Shown here one piece after another: positions 1 to 10,478 of a stretch of 64,000 bases of DNA (the first letter of the stretch is position 1; every line of letters begins with the position of its first letter). This DNA is from Aulosira sp. ZfuVER01 (GTDB lineage: Bacteria; Cyanobacteriota; Cyanobacteriia; Cyanobacteriales; Nostocaceae): positions 128,001-192,000 of the forward strand of contig JAVRCV020000008.1 in the NCBI GenBank assembly GCA_034530615.2, read 5' to 3'. The notes beneath the pieces are model-generated. The model saw nothing but the letters and a program-made list of their open reading frames with translations. It had not been told where the DNA came from and searched no databases. A program made the position numbers and the translations under genes.

Positions 1-1724
1 TTGCGAACTTACAACAAATGCAAGGGGTGATTCGTGAAGTATGCGATCGCTTCGGTCAAATTCACGGTGTCATTCATGCTGCGGGTGTGATGCCAGGAGG
101 AATGATCCAACTGAGGACACCGGAAGCGATCGCTAATCTGCTAGCGCCGAAAGTAACGGGGACTTTGGTATTAGATACTTTACTTCAGGATGGCGATTTA
201 GATTTCTTTGTTCTGTGTTCATCGCTCAATTCCTTTCTTGTAGGATTGGGACTAGTCGATTATTGCGCTGCAAATTCCTTTTTAGATGCCTTTGCTAACT
301 ATAAAGCTTCTCGCTCCAATATCTTTACAACTGCAATTAACTGGGACGGTTGGCAAGAGGTTGGACAAGCCGCTAACGTTAAACTCTCCGAACAACTCCA
401 ACAATGGCGTGATGCCAATTTCCAACAAGGTATCTTATCTCAAGAAGGAGTAGAGGCGTTTAAGCGCATCTTAGACAGTAGGTTGCCGCAAGTTATAGTA
501 TCAACTCAGGATTTTCTTTCTCGGTTCGAGCAGTTTAACGCAACTAAAGAATTGCAACATCTGCAATCTCAGCCACAGGCGAACTCATCTAAACCTACTC
601 ATTCCCGACCGCAATTGAGCCAGGCTTATGTTGGACCTCGCAATCAATTAGAGGAGACTATAGCCCAAATTTGGCAACAATCTTTAGGAATTGAGCCAAT
701 CGGCATTGACGATGACTTCTTTGAATTGGGAGGTGATTCTTTACTTGCAGTGCATTTAATCGCCAAAATTAGCGCCGCTACCCAAACAAAGTTATCATCC
801 CATAGCCTACTCGACGCACCGACGATTGCAGACTTAGCTGAATTAATTACTCAAAATGCCTCGCCATCTCAACTAGCTAATGGACAAGCAAAGCCAGAGT
901 TACCTTCAACCCTAGTAGAAATTCAGTCTGGTAGTTCTAAGCCGCCGCTTTTCCTCATCCATCCTGTTGGCGGTCACGTCTACGTCTATCGCGATTTAGC
1001 TCAATATTTAGGCTCAGACCAACCTGTTTATGGATTGCAGGCACAAGGTATTGATGGTAAAACTCCTCCTCTAACTAAAGTTGAGGAAATGGCAACTCAA
1101 TATCTTGAAGCACTGCGCGTTGTCCAACCGCATGGGACTTACTTTCTCGGTGGGTCCTCTTTTGGCGGAACCATCGCCTATGAAATGGCACAGCAACTCC
1201 AAGCGCAAGGGGAAAAAGTAGGGTTGCTTTTCCTCATAGATACTCCTAGTCTCGGTCATATGCCGTCAGAAAATATTGAAGATGATGGCATCAAAATCAT
1301 GTCTTATGCCTTGGGTGTAGGTGCTAATGTTCCTGTATCTATAGAATATCTGCGACAACTAAGTACCGATGAGCAACTGCACTACTTTTTGCAGCAAGGA
1401 AAAACAGCGTTGAAAATGCCTGCTGATTTTGGCTTAAGCGAGTTGCATCTTTACTACAATCTGTTCAAAATCAACACTAAAGCGATGCGAAATTATATAC
1501 CGCAAGCTTATCCAGGTCGCGTCATCTTTTTTAAAGCCAGCGATCGCGATTCCTTCAACCCCCAAAACCCAGAACTCGGTTGGCAAGATTTGGCAATGGC
1601 AGGGTTAGAAATCCACGAAGTTCCTGGTAATCACATTACAATGAACTTCCCACCACAAGTCCAAGTTATGGCTAAGTTGTTAAGGATATATCTGGAGAGC
1701 GATCCACAAAAACAAAACTTTTAA
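1..1724 (+). CDS. C-terminal part of a type I PKS or PKS/NRPS terminal module: ketoreductase - carrier protein - thioesterase (5' end outside the window)
   Basis: KR motifs GVIHAAGV and DYCAANSFLD; phosphopantetheine site FFELGGDSLL; TE motifs HPVGG, GSSFGG and GNH. The frame is open from the window edge. Confidence 0.9.
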   Translation, partial: ANLQQMQGVIREVCDRFGQIHGVIHAAGVMPGGMIQLRTPEAIANLLAPKVTGTLVLDTLLQDGDLDFFVLCSSLNSFLVGLGLVDYCAANSFLDAFANYKASRSNIFTTAINWDGWQEVGQAANVKLSEQLQQWRDANFQQGILSQEGVEAFKRILDSRLPQVIVSTQDFLSRFEQFNATKELQHLQSQPQANSSKPTHSRPQLSQAYVGPRNQLEETIAQIWQQSLGIEPIGIDDDFFELGGDSLLAVHLIAKISAATQTKLSSHSLLDAPTIADLAELITQNASPSQLANGQAKPELPSTLVEIQSGSSKPPLFLIHPVGGHVYVYRDLAQYLGSDQPVYGLQAQGIDGKTPPLTKVEEMATQYLEALRVVQPHGTYFLGGSSFGGTIAYEMAQQLQAQGEKVGLLFLIDTPSLGHMPSENIEDDGIKIMSYALGVGANVPVSIEYLRQLSTDEQLHYFLQQGKTALKMPADFGLSELHLYYNLFKINTKAMRNYIPQAYPGRVIFFKASDRDSFNPQNPELGWQDLAMAGLEIHEVPGNHITMNFPPQVQVMAKLLRIYLESDPQKQNF

Positions 1725-1941
1725 TACTAAGTAAAGGCTGGTTTACTCAGATCCCTGTTAGTCATTAAACCTCTTGCATTAACTCAATGTTTTGGATATC
1801 AAACCACAGATAAACACCGATATTTATCTGTGGTTCCTTCTGCGCGATCGCTCTCACCCCCGATCGTTTAACAAAGTTACAATTAGAAAATTGCCTTTCA
1901 AACCTGATTATTTCTCATCTGGAAACAGACGGGAGACTTTT

Positions 1942-2538
1942 ATGACCCCAGCAACTATCGCCAAACCTCCAAAGGAATCACCCCTTTTGTTTGAGGGACT
2001 GACCTGGAGAGAATTCAAAGCCGTTGAGCAGTTGTTATACCGCCCAGGATATCGACTATCTTACCTGGATGGGATTTTGGAGATACGCAGAATGCCTGGA
2101 GAACCACACGAAACCGTTAAGGAAAGGATCGGCGCATTGTTGGAACTTTACCTGTTGATGGCAGGATTTGACTTTACTCCCACTGGCTCAATGACCTTGG
2201 AAAGTGAAGTAGGTGCGGTCAAGCGAGAAGCAGATAAATCTTATAAACTGGCTCCTGGTCGAGTGCGTCCCGATTTGGCGATTGAAGTGGTGTTTACTAG
2301 TGGGGGTATCGACAAGCTGGAGGCATACAAGCGATTGAAGATCAAGGAAGTATGGTTTTGGGAAGATGGCGTGTTAGAGGTATATCACCTCCGGGGAGAA
2401 GCCAATGCGCTTGACTATGAACAGATTTCCAGTAGTGAAGAAGTCAAAGGAATCGATCTGGATTTGTTGTTACGTTGCATCAATATGGTGAATCATGTTG
2501 ATGCTATTAAGACTTTTCAACAAGCGCTGGTGAAATAG
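1942..2538 (+). CDS. Uma2 family endonuclease-like protein
   Basis: LTWREF, RLSYLDGILEI, EADKSY, PDLAIEVVFTS and KEVWFW motifs. ATG at 1942 is the likelier start (ORF track starts at 1792). Confidence 0.88.
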   Translation: MTPATIAKPPKESPLLFEGLTWREFKAVEQLLYRPGYRLSYLDGILEIRRMPGEPHETVKERIGALLELYLLMAGFDFTPTGSMTLESEVGAVKREADKSYKLAPGRVRPDLAIEVVFTSGGIDKLEAYKRLKIKEVWFWEDGVLEVYHLRGEANALDYEQISSSEEVKGIDLDLLLRCINMVNHVDAIKTFQQALVK

Positions 2539-2787
2539 CTGCGGATAAGTTGTCGCGTATTCTTAAATATTACCGAGCGATCGTATTGTTGGGGATGTGC
2601 CCGAAAGGCTTTATCTAGGCAAAGCGAAAGGGGAAAAGGGTAAAGAGTGATTTTAAATCTTTATCCTTTTCCCTTTATCCCTAATCTCCACTCCCTGAGG
2701 TCGTGGGGCCCCGAGTTCCCCCTTAACCGAACCGCATTGGAGGCAGGTTGACAAAAATAATGAATTATTAATTTTCTCGCCCGATCG

Positions 2788-3021
2788 CTAATCATCTAAC
2801 TCAATATCACTGTCGTCATCATCATGATCGTAAGGCAGATCGTCAAGATCGATCATCTCTGAAATTTCTTCTACTTGAGCTAGATACTCCGAATCTTGCG
2901 TTTCACGTGCTATTAAGCGACCATTTGACTTTAGCCATTCTATAAGAACAAATTCATTACTTGAACGAATGACAGTGGCTCGCTGGTTACGAGGTGCTTC
3001 ATGCAAAGGGCCATTATTCAT
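2788..3021 (-). CDS. DUF3134-like small acidic cyanobacterial protein
   Basis: PLHEAPRNQRATVI...LIEWLKSNGRLIARE followed by an acidic tail; ATG at 3021. Confidence 0.75.
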   Translation of the reverse strand: MNNGPLHEAPRNQRATVIRSSNEFVLIEWLKSNGRLIARETQDSEYLAQVEEISEMIDLDDLPYDHDDDDSDIELDD

Positions 3022-3738
3022 AAAAATCTCACTTTGAATGGGGAATAACTGAAGTCGTCCAAGATTTGGTGTATTTAGAAAAATGAAAGCTTTAAATAGC
3101 AAGCATTTCAAATTTTCCCTCTGGATCTGCCTAGTTTGGACTAATTCCTAAGCAAGCTGTTCTATAGTATTCCCCTAAGGGAACTTTTGCCAGAAGCATC
3201 TCTCTAAATTTTTCTAATTCTTTTAAAATACTATCTCCTAGTTATATTGGCTTCTAATTTGAGCAAACTTACTGCTATCAAATTTAACGACGAAGTAATA
3301 TATTTACACAGCAAAGGCAATTATGTCTACTACCTCATCTATGGCGCAAAGTTGATAGCTTTATGCCGTCAGCTGTAATTTATTATCAGGTTAATTTTTA
3401 CTTAAAATATTCGTAATTAATAGAACTTATATTTTAAAAACCTGACATATTAATCATATCTTTTATTTTAAACCATCTTGTCAAAAAAGTACTGATTTTA
3501 ATAATGGATATAGCTTTTTTGAGAATGCATAGTTAGGAATAGGTTACAAGTACCGGAATCTGGTTTCATTTTTGAAAAAGGATTTGCCTTGAAAATACCT
3601 GTATAATTTCCAACTTTGCTACTGATAACAATGGGATATCCTTCAGTAGTCTTAAAGATACTTAATGAAACTTGATAGAAGGGAAAGCTAGATTAGAAGC
3701 AAATGTCCTTTAAATACTGAAGATTAGCTCTGTTTTTT

Positions 3739-4428
3739 GTGATTTTGAAACTGAAATATGACAGTATGGCTGCTAAAAAACTGACTAATTCTGACAAACA
3801 CGTTGTTGTCGATGCAGAGCGACAACAAGGCAAAAATAAAAATAAGAGCATAGCTAGTAAAGCAACGCCAATCCCAAACATATCCTATAGTGTTGTCCAT
3901 GCTATTCGGGGACGAATTCGTTTTCGGATTCCTCGGTTAGCCAAAGATTCTGAGTATGCCAATAAACTCCAGCGATTGATAGAATCAGATGCTAGGATTA
4001 CAAATGTACGAATTAACCCTGCTGCCGCATCAATTGCGATCGCCTATCAACCTGGGGTAATATCAGGCGAAAAAATGCGATCGCATCTAGTTAATCTAAT
4101 TCAAACTGCCCCAAATATAGCTTTACCAGCCCCAGTCACAGCAAAAACAATTGCCAAAGCCATCTTGGATGCTGTAATTAACTTTATTGACGGTACACGT
4201 AACATCAACAAAGCGCGTACTGCTATTAAGCATCAAGAAGTGAAGCCAAATATTTGGGAACGGATACTAGGTAGCGCTAAAGCTGTCATCAAGGGGCTAA
4301 AGTCTGCAATTGTGTTTATATTGCCTAATCAACAGTGGCGATCGCAAAGTAGTAAAAAGAAATTAGGCTTGCAGCCATTAGCACCGCCACCTATGGCTGG
4401 AAGTAAACATCGCCTAGCTTTGCCATAA
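3739..4428 (+). CDS. HMA2/CoBaHMA-like domain protein
   Basis: YSVVHAIRGRIRFRIPRL...VRINPAAASIAIAY, an HMA-like pattern with an H-x(3)-GRxR basic motif and no CxxC. Start may be the ATG at 3766. Confidence 0.78.
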   Translation: MILKLKYDSMAAKKLTNSDKHVVVDAERQQGKNKNKSIASKATPIPNISYSVVHAIRGRIRFRIPRLAKDSEYANKLQRLIESDARITNVRINPAAASIAIAYQPGVISGEKMRSHLVNLIQTAPNIALPAPVTAKTIAKAILDAVINFIDGTRNINKARTAIKHQEVKPNIWERILGSAKAVIKGLKSAIVFILPNQQWRSQSSKKKLGLQPLAPPPMAGSKHRLALP

Positions 4429-4595
4429 TTGCTCGCTGCATTCACAAAAGGCGTAAAGTCGATTTTAGTCAGCAAAAAGGCAAATTCTGTCTCATTTGAG
4501 TAATTCCAAAACTCATGAGAAATATTGCACTTGTTGCAATAGCCAATTAAATCCAATTTTTGGACTTTATTTAATTTACGATCGCAAATAGAAAA

Positions 4596-5570
4596 ATGGG
4601 TACTCTTAATTTTGATCAACTTCCTAATGAGAATCTTTTAGTTAGAACCATACATAGTGCCGTTAAAGGCAGAGCTAGATATAAAGTGAATGGACTTTAT
4701 GGTTCGGAGGCTGTCAAAAGATATCTGGGATTTAGGTTGTCAAAAGAGAAAGGAATTGCCCAAGTTAGTGCTAATACTTGGACAGGAAATGTTCTGGTGA
4801 TTTTCCATCCTGATTTTAGCCCAAGTGCGATCGCACTTCTTATTCAAGATATTGTCCGAGATTACGTAAAAGAAGCCAGAAAACTAGTGCTAGAGACAGC
4901 ATCTATTAATAAAGGGATAGAAAAAGCTCAAAATCTACCTCAAGCCTTAAATCAAGTCAATAATCAATTAATTATCGCATCTGGGACTATTGGCGCTTTT
5001 GCTTTAGGAGCCGCATTGCTGCACAGATATAATCTGGATGAAAGCATATTGTTAGCCATTCAAAAGTTACACACACCAATTCTAGACAGCATCATGCTGG
5101 GTATCACGTCTCTAGGCGATCCACTGGCTTTGGTGTTGATTTGTTTGGGAGTAGAATTTTATCTGCGTTATCATCGTCGTCCCTACGCTACTCGCTTAGG
5201 TTTAGCTACAGCCAGTGCCATCAGCTTAAATTATCTGCTAAAAGTGATTTTTGGTCGGGCGCGTCCAGCACTGTGGGATCGAATTATTCATGTAGGTCAA
5301 CATAGCTTTCCCAGCGGTCACGCTATGGTGTCAATAGTGATTTACGGTTTCATCTGTTATATTTTGGCGGAGCAATTTCCCCAATGGCGCAAACAGATTT
5401 TCGCCTTGAGCGTTGTCTTAATTTTGTTAATAGGTTTTAGTCGGCTTTATTTGGGCGTACATTGGCCTACTGATGTGTTAGTTGGCTATGCTATCGGTTT
5501 AGCTTGGTTAGTTGCTTGTATTCTCACATTGGAAGTGCAGCCCAAATATAACTTGTCAGGTGGACATTAA
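4596..5570 (+). CDS. HMA2-like domain fused to a PAP2 family membrane phosphatase
   Basis: N-terminal IHSAVKGRARYKV domain; PAP2 motifs KVIFGRARP, SFPSGH and SRLYLGVHWPTDV intact; several hydrophobic helices. Confidence 0.88.
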   Translation: MGTLNFDQLPNENLLVRTIHSAVKGRARYKVNGLYGSEAVKRYLGFRLSKEKGIAQVSANTWTGNVLVIFHPDFSPSAIALLIQDIVRDYVKEARKLVLETASINKGIEKAQNLPQALNQVNNQLIIASGTIGAFALGAALLHRYNLDESILLAIQKLHTPILDSIMLGITSLGDPLALVLICLGVEFYLRYHRRPYATRLGLATASAISLNYLLKVIFGRARPALWDRIIHVGQHSFPSGHAMVSIVIYGFICYILAEQFPQWRKQIFALSVVLILLIGFSRLYLGVHWPTDVLVGYAIGLAWLVACILTLEVQPKYNLSGGH

Positions 5571-5857
5571 GAAAACGCAAAGCGTTTCACTCATGGGAAA
5601 GTGTTGATTTTTTCTAGTGAAAACTCGGTTTATCAAGAAATGTTGATACCACTAAGCAGCTTACACCTAACAAATTATTCTAAAAAGTAGGAACTGACTT
5701 TTCGTGTGAAAATTTCGGATTTGTCTTATGGGCAAATGTGAGGAGAAAGGGAAAAGAAAGCAGGAATAACCTGTCACTTTGAACCCTGACCCTTCCCTCA
5801 ATGACCAGAGTCTATCCATAACTCCACTCTCGCCGCGAAGTTCAGCTAATTGGAAAA

Positions 5858-8800
5858 ATGAACAATCATTTCCCCGACTCCCGCCACAGTAAGAATCCTA
5901 TTGTTCGGGCAATACATACTGCTGTTAAAGGGAGAGCTAGATATAAGGTTGATGGACTTCATCACTCGGAGTCACTTAAACAATATATTGAGTTAAGGCT
6001 GAAAGAGGAAGCAGGGATTAGGGATGTCTTTGCTAATCCACTTACAGGTAATGTACTGGTAATCTTCCAACCAGATTTTAGCTTTCAAGCGATCGCCTGG
6101 CTCATCAAAGCTATTGTTTGCGATTTCCTCGAAAAAGGGAGAAAATCTCTAGCCAAGACACCTGTTATCAGCCCAGCTAAACATCTATCTTCCTCCTCTC
6201 TTGCAAAAAGAGGAAACCATACCAGCAAAATGAGCAAGTTGACTACATCTGGTCAGGAGCAACAAATTTTACCCTGGCATATTTTAAAAGCAGATACTGC
6301 GATCGCAGATTTACACACATCAATAACATCAGGATTAGCTACTAATACTGCTCAAGCCAACTTGCTCAAATATGGAGCAAATATCCTACCCATATCTGAA
6401 AAACGCTCTAAGCTGAGTATTTTTATTGACCAATTTAAATCTTTGCCAGTAGGACTACTAAGTATAGCGGCAGGTTTGTCAATTGCTACTGGGGGCATAG
6501 CTGATGCTGTAGTAATTATGGGAGTTGTATTCATTAATGCTGTAATTGGCTACGCCACAGAAAGCAACTCAGAAAAGATTATTAATTCACTCAAGCATCT
6601 AGTCAAACCATCTGCTGTGGTCATTAGAGATGGAATTTCGCAAGAAATCAGCGCCACGGAGATTGCGATCGGAGATATTTTAGTACTTAGACCGGGCAGT
6701 TATGTGCCAGCTGATGCCAGACTAATTGAAGCCAATCGTTTGACTGTAGATGAGTCGGCTTTAACAGGTGAGAGTTTGCCCGTTCCCAAAAACACCGAAC
6801 CCCTGAGCAAACAGGATATACCCCTTGGCGATCGCGTGAATATGGTCTACATGGGAACCTTAGTTACTGGCGGTCAAGGACTGGCTGTAGTGGTTGCTAC
6901 AGGCAAATTTACCGAAATGGGCAGAATTCAAACCCTGGTTTCTGAAAGCCAAATGCCAGAAACGCCCATGCAAAAACAACTCGACCAAGCAGGTAGCCAA
7001 CTTGTTGTCGTATCGGGGGCGGTTTGTGCAGTTGTTTTTGGTATCGGTCTGTTGCGGGGATATGGTTGGATTCAGATGTTGAAATCATCCATTTCCTTGG
7101 CTGTGGCTGCGGTTCCCGAAGGATTGCCAACCATTGCAACTACAACCCTAGCTTTAGGAATCGCCAACATGAGACGGCATAACGTCTTGATTCGGCGTTT
7201 GGATGCGGTGGAAACCTTGGGTTCTGTACAGACAATTTGCTTGGATAAAACAGGCACGCTCACAGAAAATAAAATGTCTGTGGTTGAACTATATGCAGAT
7301 AGCAAATCTATCCAAGTGTCATCTGATGGTAAATTTATTGCCCAATCGCAAGATATTAACCCTTACAACTGCGATCGACTCTTAAAGCTAATTCATGTCT
7401 CAGTACTGTGCAATGAGAGTGAAGTCCACAAAAATTCCGATGGAGAATATGTAGTCAAAGGTTCAGCTACAGAGAATGCTCTAATTTATTTGGCAATTAG
7501 CGCTGGGGTAGATGTTATCCAACTCAAAGAAAATTATCCATGTTGCCGAACTAATCACCGTTCAGAACATCAGAATTTCATGAGTACGGTGCATACCATA
7601 AAACACGAGGATACTTCATCTACTTTGGTTGCTGCTACAACAGAAATCGGTTCCTTACAACCATTGGCGATAAAGAAAAAACGCCGGGGTCGTCCGCCGT
7701 CATCGCGTCGTGCAGAAAAGCAACTTGTGGCAATTAAAGGTAGCCCTTCTGAAGTGCTGGAAATGTCTACCCAACAAATTAAAGATGGCGAACTAGTACT
7801 GCTAACAGAAGCAGATAGACAAGCCATCGATAATGAAAACGAAGTCATGGCGGGTAAAGGACTGCGGATATTAGGGGCAGCTTACACTCATGTTGATGCC
7901 GCACAAACAAATGGCAACGTTCCGCACGATGTGATTTGGTTGGGTTTGATTGGGATGACAGACCCGATTAGAAATGGTGTCAAAGACTTGATGGGTGTCT
8001 TCCATCAAGCGGGGATTAATACAGTCATGATCACCGGGGATCAAAGTCCCACAGCTTACGCTATTGGTAAAGAATTGAATTTGAGTCGCAGCGAGCAACT
8101 AGAAATCCTCGATTCTACTCATCTTAACAACCTTGACTCAGAGTTGATGAAAGGATTATGCGATCGCGTTAATGTTTTTGCGAGGGTTAGTCCTGCCAAT
8201 AAATTACAAATCGTCCAAGCGCTGCAAAGCGCAGGTAAAGTTGTTTCCATGACTGGAGATGGTATTAATGATGCACCTGCTTTAAAAGTTGCTGATGTTG
8301 GCATCGCAATGGGGCATACAGGCACAGATGCAGCGCGGGAAGTTGCAGATATTGTCTTAGAAAATGACAATTTGGAAACCATGATTATTGCTGTCAGTCA
8401 TGGACGGACAATTTATAACAACATCAGAAAATCTGTGCATTTTTTGCTGTCTACCAACTTGAGCGAAATCATGGTGATGTTGACAGCGACAGCCGCAGGT
8501 ATTGGTCAGCCTTTAACTGCCATGCAACTATTGTGGCTGAATTTGGTGACAGATATCTTCCCCGGATTAGCTTTAGCTTTGGAACCACCAGAACCCGATG
8601 TTTTAAATCAACCACCCCGCAATCCTGAAGAACGAATTATCAAAACATCCGATTTTCAAAGAATTATTTTTGAATCAGCGACAATTTCTGTTAGTTCCTT
8701 AGCAGCATATAGCTACGCAATTAGCCGCTATGGTATTAGCGCACAAGCCAGCACCATCGGTTTTATGAGTCTGACAATGGCGCAACTGCTACATACTCTT

Positions 8801-9040
8801 AGCTGTCGTTCGCCGCAACACAGTATTTTCAGTTCCGAAAAACTGCCAGCTAACCGTTATTTAACTGTAGCGCTGGGAGGCTCCTTTGGTCTGCAAATAT
8901 TAGCAGCAGCAGTACCAGGACTCAGACAAATGCTGAACTTGACAGCAATTAATCTGGTAGATAGTGCTGTGATTGGTACTAGTGCTTTACTGCCATTTGT
9001 AGTGAATGAAGGTACGAAACCAATTCAAAATTCGTCTTGA
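5858..9040 (+). CDS. P2A (Ca2+-type) P-type ATPase with an N-terminal HMA2-like domain
   Basis: TGES, DKTGTLT, TGD and GDGIND motifs; SERCA-like M4 VAAVPEGL, M5 STNLSE and M6 WLNLVTD; N-terminal IHTAVKGRARYKV domain. Confidence 0.92.
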   Translation: MNNHFPDSRHSKNPIVRAIHTAVKGRARYKVDGLHHSESLKQYIELRLKEEAGIRDVFANPLTGNVLVIFQPDFSFQAIAWLIKAIVCDFLEKGRKSLAKTPVISPAKHLSSSSLAKRGNHTSKMSKLTTSGQEQQILPWHILKADTAIADLHTSITSGLATNTAQANLLKYGANILPISEKRSKLSIFIDQFKSLPVGLLSIAAGLSIATGGIADAVVIMGVVFINAVIGYATESNSEKIINSLKHLVKPSAVVIRDGISQEISATEIAIGDILVLRPGSYVPADARLIEANRLTVDESALTGESLPVPKNTEPLSKQDIPLGDRVNMVYMGTLVTGGQGLAVVVATGKFTEMGRIQTLVSESQMPETPMQKQLDQAGSQLVVVSGAVCAVVFGIGLLRGYGWIQMLKSSISLAVAAVPEGLPTIATTTLALGIANMRRHNVLIRRLDAVETLGSVQTICLDKTGTLTENKMSVVELYADSKSIQVSSDGKFIAQSQDINPYNCDRLLKLIHVSVLCNESEVHKNSDGEYVVKGSATENALIYLAISAGVDVIQLKENYPCCRTNHRSEHQNFMSTVHTIKHEDTSSTLVAATTEIGSLQPLAIKKKRRGRPPSSRRAEKQLVAIKGSPSEVLEMSTQQIKDGELVLLTEADRQAIDNENEVMAGKGLRILGAAYTHVDAAQTNGNVPHDVIWLGLIGMTDPIRNGVKDLMGVFHQAGINTVMITGDQSPTAYAIGKELNLSRSEQLEILDSTHLNNLDSELMKGLCDRVNVFARVSPANKLQIVQALQSAGKVVSMTGDGINDAPALKVADVGIAMGHTGTDAAREVADIVLENDNLETMIIAVSHGRTIYNNIRKSVHFLLSTNLSEIMVMLTATAAGIGQPLTAMQLLWLNLVTDIFPGLALALEPPEPDVLNQPPRNPEERIIKTSDFQRIIFESATISVSSLAAYSYAISRYGISAQASTIGFMSLTMAQLLHTLSCRSPQHSIFSSEKLPANRYLTVALGGSFGLQILAAAVPGLRQMLNLTAINLVDSAVIGTSALLPFVVNEGTKPIQNSS

Positions 9041-9210
9041 AAAGTTTGCTCAACGGGGGGAACCCCCGCACGCAACTTTTCGCAAAATTCAAAATTCAAA
9101 ATAATTCCAGCCTTTGATAGTGCCTTACCACTCTTCCTCACTATCTCAAACTCTCAAATCCTTACGCTCTTAATTCTCTGCGCTTTTGCGTCTTTGCGTG
9201 AGAAAAATCT

Positions 9211-10410
9211 ATGAAAAAAGACTTTTTATTTACATCTGAATCTGTCACCGAAGGACATCCTGATAAACTTTGCGATCAAATTAGCGATGCCATTGTCGAT
9301 CAATTTCTCCGGCGAGACCCCTTTGCCAGAGTCATTACTGAATGTGCGGTATCGACGGCGATTGTCTTCATTTCTGCTAGGTTTGAGTCGGATGCGATCG
9401 TAGATTTTACAAAAATAGCCAGACAAGTAATTAAGCAGGTGGGTTATGACCAGTCTGATTTTAATGCTAAGACTTGTAGCATTATGACGAGTTTGAAAGA
9501 ATTACCTAACAGTGAAAATCGCTGTTGGGATGAAAAAAAACTCTCGGAACAGGAGATAGAAGATATTCCCGTCAAAGACCAAGTGACGGTATTCGGTTTT
9601 GCTTGCAATCAAACTAAAGTTTTGATGCCACTTCCTATTTGGCTGGCACACCAATTAGCTAGAAGATTAACCAATGTCAGGCAGGAGAAAATATTGCCAT
9701 ACCTCGCACCTGATGGTAAAACTCAGGTAGCAATTGAATACAAAAATAGCAAACCTCATCGAATTTATAGTATTACTTTAATTGCCAGTCAAACCAAACT
9801 ATCAGCTTCAAATGCTGCTAATCTCAAACGCCTTCAAGAAGATTTGCGAGCAAGTGTAATTGATGTTGTTTTTGCAGACGAAGAACTCAAACCCGATGCT
9901 AACACCAGAATATTTATTGACTCTGACGATCCCTTTGCAATTGGTGGCCCTTCTGTTCATTCGGGGTTAACGGGTAGGAAGAATGCCATAGATACTTACG
10001 GCGAATATTCCCGCCACAGTGGTGCAGCACTAAGTGGCAAAGACCCCACACGCATAGATAGAGTCGGAGCTTATGCAGCGCGTTATGCTGCGAAGAATAT
10101 AGTTGCAGCAGGTTTAGCTGATGAATGTGAGGTGCAACTTACCTACTCTATTGGACTTTCTCGCCCAGTGAGCATTCAAGTAGAAACCTTTGGCACAGGT
10201 AAGATGGATGATGAAGAAATTGCTGTAATTTTAGAAAAGAATTTTGATTTCCGCCTTGCAGGAATTATTCGGGAGTTTAATTTAAGATATTTGCCTGCAA
10301 TTGTCAAAGGCGGATTTTATAAAAAGCTTGCGGCTTACGGTCATGTAGGTAGGTTAGATATTGGTGTTTTGCCTTGGGAAGAAATTGATAAAGTGCCGAT
10401 TTTGCAATGA
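9211..10410 (+). CDS. metK: Methionine adenosyltransferase (MetK) paralogue with a divergent substrate pocket
   Basis: FTSESVTEGHPDK, PDGKTQV, GLTGRK, SGKDP and AAYGH retained; the GAGDQG motif is altered to PVKDQV. Confidence 0.88.
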   Translation: MKKDFLFTSESVTEGHPDKLCDQISDAIVDQFLRRDPFARVITECAVSTAIVFISARFESDAIVDFTKIARQVIKQVGYDQSDFNAKTCSIMTSLKELPNSENRCWDEKKLSEQEIEDIPVKDQVTVFGFACNQTKVLMPLPIWLAHQLARRLTNVRQEKILPYLAPDGKTQVAIEYKNSKPHRIYSITLIASQTKLSASNAANLKRLQEDLRASVIDVVFADEELKPDANTRIFIDSDDPFAIGGPSVHSGLTGRKNAIDTYGEYSRHSGAALSGKDPTRIDRVGAYAARYAAKNIVAAGLADECEVQLTYSIGLSRPVSIQVETFGTGKMDDEEIAVILEKNFDFRLAGIIREFNLRYLPAIVKGGFYKKLAAYGHVGRLDIGVLPWEEIDKVPILQ

Positions 10411-10421
10411 ATTTCCAAGTC

Positions 10422-10454
10422 CTAACGCACCATCTGAGACTTGTGGTGCGTTAG
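10422..10454. terminator. Hairpin between convergent metK and DUF5132-like genes
   Basis: Inverted repeat ctaacgcacca...tggtgcgttag. Confidence 0.5.
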
Positions 10455-10478
10455 CGTGCAGCATAACACATTCACACT

